Positions 57,978-64,000 of a stretch of DNA of 64,000 bases are shown piece after piece (within the stretch, counting starts at the first letter, position 1; each line of letters opens with the position of its first letter). The DNA lies in contig CAWGMA010000001.1 of NCBI GenBank assembly GCA_963823555.1, positions 1,344,001 to 1,408,000 of the forward strand. Direction: 5' to 3'. The notes under the pieces are model-generated. The model had not been told where the DNA came from and made no database searches. It saw only the letters and a program-made list of their open reading frames with translations. The position numbers and the translations under genes were made by a program. This DNA is from Candidatus Eiseniibacteriota bacterium (GTDB taxonomy: Bacteria; Eisenbacteria; RBG-16-71-46; CAVPCR01).

Positions 57978-58737
57978 GGAGTTCTCTTTCTCTCCCTTCG
58001 CGGCGTGAGGGCGTGAGGCGGAGAGCGACCGGGGTCAGCCGCGCAAAGAGCCCCAGGAAGCGGAGCGTATCGCGAAACGGCCGGATATTGCTCTTTTCTT
58101 CACCATAGATGGTCTGGATCGGTACCGAGCCGATCTCGAAGCCGCTCACCGCCGCCTTGACCAGGATTTCCGACTCCGCCTCGAAGCGATCGTAGCGAAG
58201 ATCGAGCGTGGTCAACACGCGCGAAGCGATCAGCCGGTAGCCGGATTGCGAGTCATCCACCCATTGTCCCGCCAGGAGCGAAACCGCAAGCGAGGTGGTG
58301 CGATTGGCGAAGATGCGAAGCCGGGGCATGGTGCGGGTGTCGGCCATGCGGGTGCCGACGAGGAGATCGTATCGGCCGTGGGCGGCGGTGGTGATGAATG
58401 AGCTCATCTCCCGTGGATCGTGCTGGCCGTCCGCGTCCAGTGTGAAGACCCAGTGCGCTCCCGCGCTGATGGCCGCCGTGAATCCGGTGCGCAAGGCGGC
58501 TCCCTTGCCGCGGTTCTGCGGGTGAACGAGCACGTGAACGCCGGCCGCTCGAGCGTGGGCGATCGAGCCGTCGGTGGCGCCGTCGTCGACGACGAAGATC
58601 GAATCACGACCCAGCTCGTCGGCCGCCAGGGCGACCACTTCGCCAAGAATGGCCCCTGGGTTGTAGGCGGGAATCACGGCGCACACATGTCCAATCGGTG
58701 CACGCGGGGCCGTGGAGCGGACCGTGGAGTCGTTCAT
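57967..58737 (-). CDS. GT2-family glycosyltransferase (DPM1-like)
   Basis: VIPAYN, VDDGATD, NRGKGAAL, DADGQHDP, DSQSGYR; ATGA overlap with the upstream gene. Confidence 0.88.
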   Translation of the reverse strand: MNDSTVRSTAPRAPIGHVCAVIPAYNPGAILGEVVALAADELGRDSIFVVDDGATDGSIAHARAAGVHVLVHPQNRGKGAALRTGFTAAISAGAHWVFTLDADGQHDPREMSSFITTAAHGRYDLLVGTRMADTRTMPRLRIFANRTTSLAVSLLAGQWVDDSQSGYRLIASRVLTTLDLRYDRFEAESEILVKAAVSGFEIGSVPIQTIYGEEKSNIRPFRDTLRFLGLFARLTPVALRLTPSRREGRERELRAR

Positions 58738-59654
58738 GTGGCCCCCGTCGCCGGGCCCGGGCGCTGGGTTCGCGCCGCCGAGCTCCTCTCCCGAGGCCAG
58801 AGAGGAACGAAGACGAACCACTGTTCGGGGTGGCGGCGGATGATCCACTCGAGCTCGCGGGCACAGCGGTCAACCAGCGTGGACACTCGCTCCTCCGGGT
58901 CCAGTCCTTCGAGATCGGTCGCAGCGACCGGTGGCCTCACGATGAGACGAAAGCGCCCGCGCGCCGTGCGCAGGCAGAACGCCGGCACCACGGTCGCCCC
59001 GGTCTTGAGAGCGAGGCTAGCATGGGCGCGCGGCATCATCGTCGATTCCCCGAAGAAGGGCGTGAACAGCCCCTGCCCGGCATAGTCACGATCGGCGATG
59101 AGGCCGATCACTCCCCCCGCGTGCAGGCACTCGAGCATGGCGAAGGTGGATCCGGTCAGGGGCAGCACGTCGATGCCCTTGGCTCGACGCCGCTCATCGA
59201 AGAATCGTGTGACCCGACCGGCTCCGTGCGGCAGGGCAACGGCCTTGACCTGGATGCCGCTCTGGGCGAGCCACGCGCCCCCGTATTCCCAGTTGCCGAT
59301 GTGGGCGGATAGCAGGATCACGCCGTGACCGCGGGCGAGCGCGGACTGGAAGTGAGCGAGCCCCTCGACCACGATGACGCGTTCGAGATCGCCGCGCTCC
59401 ATTCCCGGAAGGCGCAGGAAGTCAACGATATTGAACGCGAAATTGTGAAAGACATGGCGCGCGATCCGGGGGATCCGGTTGCGTTCCGGAGGCTGAGGGC
59501 ACACTCGCTGCAGGTTCGCGACCACCGCTCGCCGCGAGCGGAAATTGATGAGGAAATTGAGATCGGCGATACCGGCTGCGAAGAGATAGGTCAGGCTGAG
59601 GGGCAATACGCGGGCTATGGCGCTACCGAGCTTGTAGAGGAAGAATGCGATCAC
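58734..59654 (-). CDS. lipid A lauroyl / lysophospholipid acyltransferase family (LpxL/PatA-like)
   Basis: H(x4)E motif SAHIGNWE, GLIADRD, PFFG, IRRHPEQW. Confidence 0.85.
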   Translation of the reverse strand: MIAFFLYKLGSAIARVLPLSLTYLFAAGIADLNFLINFRSRRAVVANLQRVCPQPPERNRIPRIARHVFHNFAFNIVDFLRLPGMERGDLERVIVVEGLAHFQSALARGHGVILLSAHIGNWEYGGAWLAQSGIQVKAVALPHGAGRVTRFFDERRRAKGIDVLPLTGSTFAMLECLHAGGVIGLIADRDYAGQGLFTPFFGESTMMPRAHASLALKTGATVVPAFCLRTARGRFRLIVRPPVAATDLEGLDPEERVSTLVDRCARELEWIIRRHPEQWFVFVPLWPRERSSAARTQRPGPATGAT

Positions 59655-59696
59655 GCCGGACCGCTCCAGCGCACCTGCGATGGCCCCGGGTCGAAA

Positions 59697-59773
<77 letters not shown>

Positions 59774-59893
59774 ACCACACCGACTCGTGCAAGCAGGTAA
59801 GGCTAGCAGGAGTGGACTCGGTGACGCAAGGCCCCCGGGGGGACCGTTCACGTCCGGATTCTCTCGGGACCGGCGCGGCCGTGCCACCGGTCA

Positions 59894-60568
59894 TCAGCCT
59901 GTCTCCTGGCCCTTGCGGCTGGTTTCGGCCGTGGCGGGGTCGCCCGCTGGCTCCGGGCCCGACGATTCCTCGTCGGCCGACGTCTCCTCGGATTCCCGGC
60001 CGATCGCGACCGGCAGCGGCTCGTCCCCGGAGTCCGCGGTCACCTCCCCTTCTTCCTCGAAGGCCGTCTCTTCCTCCGTGGTATCCGCCTCGGCCCCGGT
60101 TGCGAACTCCAGATCGCGGAAGAGGCCCTTCCGTCGCCCGCCGGTCCCGGTCGTTTCCTCACGACGACTGAGTACCTCGATCGGCATCTCGCCGCGCAGC
60201 ACGGCCAGGAGCTCGGTGACATCCTGCTTGAGCATGCGCAACAGCTCCTCCCGCGAGATGCCGACGAAGTCGAGCTCGGTCTGTCCGCCACCGCTGCGTC
60301 GCTCATCCAGCAGCTTCCGCCGCGCTCCGGCGATGGTGAAGCCCTCCTCGTAGAGCAGCTTCTTGATCCGGAGCGCGATCTTGACGTCCTTGACGCGGTA
60401 ACTGCGATTGCCCGCCCGGTTCTTGCGCGGGCGGAGGGTCTTGAATTGCGTTTCCCAGTAGCGGAGGACATGCGCCTTGACGTTGAGCAGTTCCGCCACC
60501 TCGCTGATCGAGTAGTAGAGCTTTCCGCTGCCGTCCTGCGCTGATTCCCGGACCTTCCTGGTCGCCAC
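59894..60568 (-). CDS. MerR-family transcriptional regulator with an acidic C-terminal tail
   Basis: GGAGG RBS then GTG; KLYYSISEVA...HVLRYWETQF..LRP.KNRAGNR.Y, LLYEEGFTIAGAR; conserved merR-tRNA-Pro(GGG) linkage. Confidence 0.9.
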   Translation of the reverse strand: MATRKVRESAQDGSGKLYYSISEVAELLNVKAHVLRYWETQFKTLRPRKNRAGNRSYRVKDVKIALRIKKLLYEEGFTIAGARRKLLDERRSGGGQTELDFVGISREELLRMLKQDVTELLAVLRGEMPIEVLSRREETTGTGGRRKGLFRDLEFATGAEADTTEEETAFEEEGEVTADSGDEPLPVAIGRESEETSADEESSGPEPAGDPATAETSRKGQETG

Positions 60569-60626
60569 GCGAGCCTCCGTTGACGAGATCAAACGACCCC
60601 GATCGGTTGATGTCTTCCGGTGCGCC

Positions 60627-61976
60627 TCACGACTGGGCCTCCGCAGCTCGCACCCGCCGCTTGCGGCGTGGACGCGAGAAGCTGAGCTGGATGGCCGCCG
60701 GGCCCACGCCCAGAGCCGCGCGGAACTGATGCTCGAGGTAGCGCCGGTAGTGCGGCGGGACCGCTTCGGGGCGAGCCACCTCGATCGCGAAACGAATGGG
60801 ATTGACACCCTGCTGGCGAGCGCCTCTCCACTCCTGGCGACCCCGCGCCGGTGACGGCGCCGGGGTGCGCTCGACGGCCGCCTTGAGGACCTGGGTCAGC
60901 TCGGCATGGCCCCATTGCTGGCGTGCGGCGCGATAGACCTCGATCACGAGTTCCGGCACGCGGTGCTGGCGCTGACCGCTGAGGGCCGAGATGAAGGTCG
61001 CCGGAGCATAGGCGAGCTCGACCGCATGCTCGCGGAAGGCGTCTTCCATCCGCTTTGCAGTCATGGTCTCCTTCTCGACCAGGTCCCACTTGTTGAACAG
61101 GAGCACGGCTGGCTTGTGCGCGTCGCTGATGAGCGACGCGATCTTGTAGTCCTGGTTGCCGAATGGGTGCGAGGCATCGACCATGAGAATGGCGACATCG
61201 GCCCGCTCGAGCGCCTGGACCGCTCGCACCATGGAGTAGAATTCGGTCCGGGTATCGATGCGCGCCCGGCGGCGCAGGCCCGCCGTATCGACGAACACGA
61301 ATCGCTCGCCACCGAGGATGCAGGGTGAGTCAACGGCATCGCGCGTCGTGCCTGGGCGATCATCGACGATCATCCGCTCCTCGCCGAGAAGGCGGTTGAC
61401 GAGCGAGGACTTGCCGACGTTGGGGCGTCCGACCACGGCGACACGGATCCCTTCCCCGGCGGCTTCGCCGGCTCCGGCCTCCGGCAGAACGGCCACCACG
61501 GCGTCCAGGAGTTCCCCTAGCTCGCGCCCGTGAAGCGCCGACACGGTCAACGGGTCGCCGAAGCCGAGGCGGGCGAAGTCATGAGCATCGAGTTCTCGCG
61601 ACGCGGAGTCGGTCTTGTTGACGACGAGGAGGACCGGGCGCCCGCTCTGGCGCACGGCCGCCGCGATCTGTTCGTCGAGGGGCGTCAATCCGGTCTCGAC
61701 ATCGACCACGAAGAGGACCACCCCGGCGAGGCTGAGCGCTGCCTCGACCTGTCGCCGCACGTGCGCCTCCATGCCGTGCGTGGCTTCGGGAATCAACCCT
61801 CCGGTATCCACCAGCAGGAAGCGCCGGCCGTTCCAGTCGGCCTCCCCCATGACGCGATCGCGGGTGACCCCAGGCATGTCATCGACCACGGCCTGGCGCC
61901 GGCCGAGGATGCGGTTGAACAGCGTTGACTTGCCGACGTTGGGGCGTCCGACGATGGCGACGACCGGGCGTCCCAT
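60627..61976 (-). CDS. der: ribosome biogenesis GTPase Der (EngA)
   Basis: Two GRPNVGKS G-domains, DTGG/DTAG, NKTD/NKWD, C-terminal KH-like domain. Confidence 0.97.
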   Translation of the reverse strand: MGRPVVAIVGRPNVGKSTLFNRILGRRQAVVDDMPGVTRDRVMGEADWNGRRFLLVDTGGLIPEATHGMEAHVRRQVEAALSLAGVVLFVVDVETGLTPLDEQIAAAVRQSGRPVLLVVNKTDSASRELDAHDFARLGFGDPLTVSALHGRELGELLDAVVAVLPEAGAGEAAGEGIRVAVVGRPNVGKSSLVNRLLGEERMIVDDRPGTTRDAVDSPCILGGERFVFVDTAGLRRRARIDTRTEFYSMVRAVQALERADVAILMVDASHPFGNQDYKIASLISDAHKPAVLLFNKWDLVEKETMTAKRMEDAFREHAVELAYAPATFISALSGQRQHRVPELVIEVYRAARQQWGHAELTQVLKAAVERTPAPSPARGRQEWRGARQQGVNPIRFAIEVARPEAVPPHYRRYLEHQFRAALGVGPAAIQLSFSRPRRKRRVRAAEAQS

Positions 61977-63292
61977 CAGGTCTTCTCCCAGACCGGATTG
62001 GTGTGGAACGGCTCGTCGCCGAGGCCCAGATGCAGCGGAGCGCCGAGCGCCGACTCAAGGTCGCTAAGGCTCATGTCATCGAGGAACAGGGACCGCCCAT
62101 TCACGCACGACGGGGGCAGGCAGATGACATCGCCCGGCCGCTGGCGCTTGACGGCCCGTTCGATGTCGCCCCCGGCCAGGAGGCCAGCCACGGTGATCCC
62201 GGGGCCGAGGAAGTCATTCTCGACGACCACCAGATCGACGGCCTTGGCGTGGCGGGTCAGGAGGCCCGTGACGAGCTCGGTGGTGATGAGCGGTGCGGCC
62301 ATCACGCCCGTGACCACGGTGGCCCGGCGCCCGCGCACCCAATCGACGATGGGAAGATGGTCGCCATCATCGGCCAGGCGATCGATGAGCTGGCGGGCCA
62401 GGCCGACGCCGTCCTCGATCTGCGGAAAATCCTCGTAGTAGGACGCCTGTGGAATGGCCGTGCCGGTGAGGAAGAACCACTCGTCGGCCAGATAGATGAA
62501 GGGATGGCCGAAGCGGCGTCTGAATGCCGCGCCGAGCTCTTCGACCTGGGACATGACGAGGCGCGCGCAATCGGGGGTGACGGGTGTGAGCGCGGCCAGT
62601 CCGGCGCGATGACGCGTCAGTCCAAGGGGCACAACGGCGATCGATTGCACGCCGGGATGGAGCTCGGCAAGGCCCTGCGCGGTCTGGGTGAGGATCTCTC
62701 CGTCGTTGATTCCCGGGCAGAGCACCACCTGAGCATGGACGCGGATCCCGCCCGCGATGAGCCGCCGGAGCTTCGGCAGGACATCAGCGATCGTGAGATC
62801 CTCGATGCCCAGGAGCCGGGCGCGCACTCCGGGATCGGTGGCATGAACGGAGACATAGAGCGGGCTCAGCCCCTGGTCGATGATTCGGTCGAACTCCCCG
62901 GGGCGGATGTTCGTGAGGGTGACGTAGTTGCCGTGGAGAAAGGAGAATCGGTAGTCCTCGTCGCGCACGTAGAGACCCCGGCGGCGGCCGGCCGGCATCT
63001 GGTCGATGAAGCAGAACAGGCACTTGTTCCCGCAGACGCGGGCCTTCATCTCCTCGGTCTCGATACCCAGGCCTTCCCCAGGAACGCGCTCGATGCGGAT
63101 GGTGAAGGGCCGCTTCGTGGCGTTCCGCTGGATCAGGAACTCGACCTCATCATCGGCGGCGTGATAGCGGAGATCGATGACATCGCGCAGCGCTTCCCCG
63201 TTGAGCGCGACGATGCGGTCTCCGGCGCGGAGGCCGGCCCGCTCGGCAAGACTGCCAGGCTCTACGCCATGGATGGGGAGTGGACGGGGCAT
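61976..63292 (-). CDS. PDZ + DUF512 radical-SAM-like Fe-S protein
   Basis: N-terminal PDZ (GSLAERAGLRAGD), CGNKCLFCF, DEDYRFSFLHGNY, PQIEDGVG; upstream of der as commonly seen. Confidence 0.9.
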   Translation of the reverse strand: MPRPLPIHGVEPGSLAERAGLRAGDRIVALNGEALRDVIDLRYHAADDEVEFLIQRNATKRPFTIRIERVPGEGLGIETEEMKARVCGNKCLFCFIDQMPAGRRRGLYVRDEDYRFSFLHGNYVTLTNIRPGEFDRIIDQGLSPLYVSVHATDPGVRARLLGIEDLTIADVLPKLRRLIAGGIRVHAQVVLCPGINDGEILTQTAQGLAELHPGVQSIAVVPLGLTRHRAGLAALTPVTPDCARLVMSQVEELGAAFRRRFGHPFIYLADEWFFLTGTAIPQASYYEDFPQIEDGVGLARQLIDRLADDGDHLPIVDWVRGRRATVVTGVMAAPLITTELVTGLLTRHAKAVDLVVVENDFLGPGITVAGLLAGGDIERAVKRQRPGDVICLPPSCVNGRSLFLDDMSLSDLESALGAPLHLGLGDEPFHTNPVWEKT

Positions 63293-63401
63293 CGAGTCTC
63301 GCGCACGCAGGAACGAAGCAACAGGGCTTCTATGCGTACAAGAACGCCCGCACCGGAGGCGGGCGATTCGTCATGTGCGGCCAATCCGCACGCATGCAAA
63401 A

Positions 63402-63476
<75 letters not shown>

Positions 63477-63600
63477 TCGACGAACCTCCGAATCATAACG
63501 CAAGCGCGCCGGACCGGCCAGCAGGCACGACCCTGGACTCTCCTGGGTTCGTGCGTTCGTTGAACCGGCGCCGGTAACTTACGTCCCATGATGGAGGTTG

Positions 63601-64000
63601 TCAAGGCCAGGGTGGGCCTGATTGAAGCGAATTCGAGCTGGACAGCAGGCGATGCGCGGTGGCCTCCGGCGACTCTTCCGGTTCCAGGTGGAACCACTCG
63701 GCGCCCTGGACACCGCGGAACCACGTCCGCTGGCGCCGGGCGAACTGGCGCGTGGCCTGCGTGGCCGCAGCGACCGCCACCGGGAGGTCCGCCTCCCCCC
63801 GCAGATGGGCAAAGGCCTCGCGATAGCCGATGGTGCGATGGCTCGCGTGTTCCGGGCCCAGTCCCCGCGCCAGGAGATCCCGGGCCTCGGCCAGGATGCC
63901 GGTGCGGAACATGAGGAGGGTGCGCTCTGCGATCCGGCGGTCCAGATCGGGATCGGCGCGATCGAGCACGATATAACGCGTTCGCGGCCGGAGCGACGGC
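63601..64000 (-). CDS. miaA: tRNA dimethylallyltransferase, C-terminal part; runs off the window end
   Basis: RIAER...M...G...E, TIGYRE, TRQFARRQRTWFR. Confidence 0.92.
   Translation of the reverse strand, partial: PSLRPRTRYIVLDRADPDLDRRIAERTLLMFRTGILAEARDLLARGLGPEHASHRTIGYREAFAHLRGEADLPVAVAAATQATRQFARRQRTWFRGVQGAEWFHLEPEESPEATAHRLLSSSNSLQSGPPWP

Overview
A high-GC bacterial chromosomal segment with almost all genes on the minus strand. Two kinds of C-terminal secretion tag (a FlgD-Ig/T9SS-like tail and a 'TWGxIK' tail) suggest an FCB-related candidate lineage such as Eisenbacteria, Krumholzibacteria or Latescibacteria; this is inference only. 1-28.2 kb is a large Wzx/Wzy-type surface polysaccharide locus: wza, split Wzc (co-polymerase plus tyrosine kinase), nucleotide-sugar dehydrogenase and epimerase, GT2/GT4/GT-C transferases, flippase, ligase/polymerase, two AsnB-type amidotransferases, two DegT aminotransferases, a FemAB-like protein, a deacetylase, an ATP-grasp-PHP fusion and a kinase. 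A diguanylate cyclase sits just upstream, and about a dozen frameshifts cluster at 11.5-14.7 kb. 29.7-43.7 kb is housekeeping: trpC, trpG, recN, nadK, dxs, ispA, xseBA, folD, ymdB, 6S RNA, zapA/zapB, rplT, rpmI, infC. 43.8-53.9 kb is an accessory stretch: a large secreted SGNH/FN3 repeat protein, a PAP2-like protein, a flippase, a gene remnant, a secreted protein, and a stand-alone two-gene cassette encoding a 56-aa Pup/UBact-like protein ending in GE plus a divergent PafA-like ligase, with no proteasome genes nearby. 54-64 kb is housekeeping: apt, rpoS-like sigma, pcm, surE, GT2, acyltransferase, merR, der, DUF512 radical SAM, miaA. There are six tRNAs. The best leads are the orphan Pup/UBact-like conjugation cassette and a recurring sigma28-like promoter motif upstream of the EPS operon, the DGC and the large surface protein.
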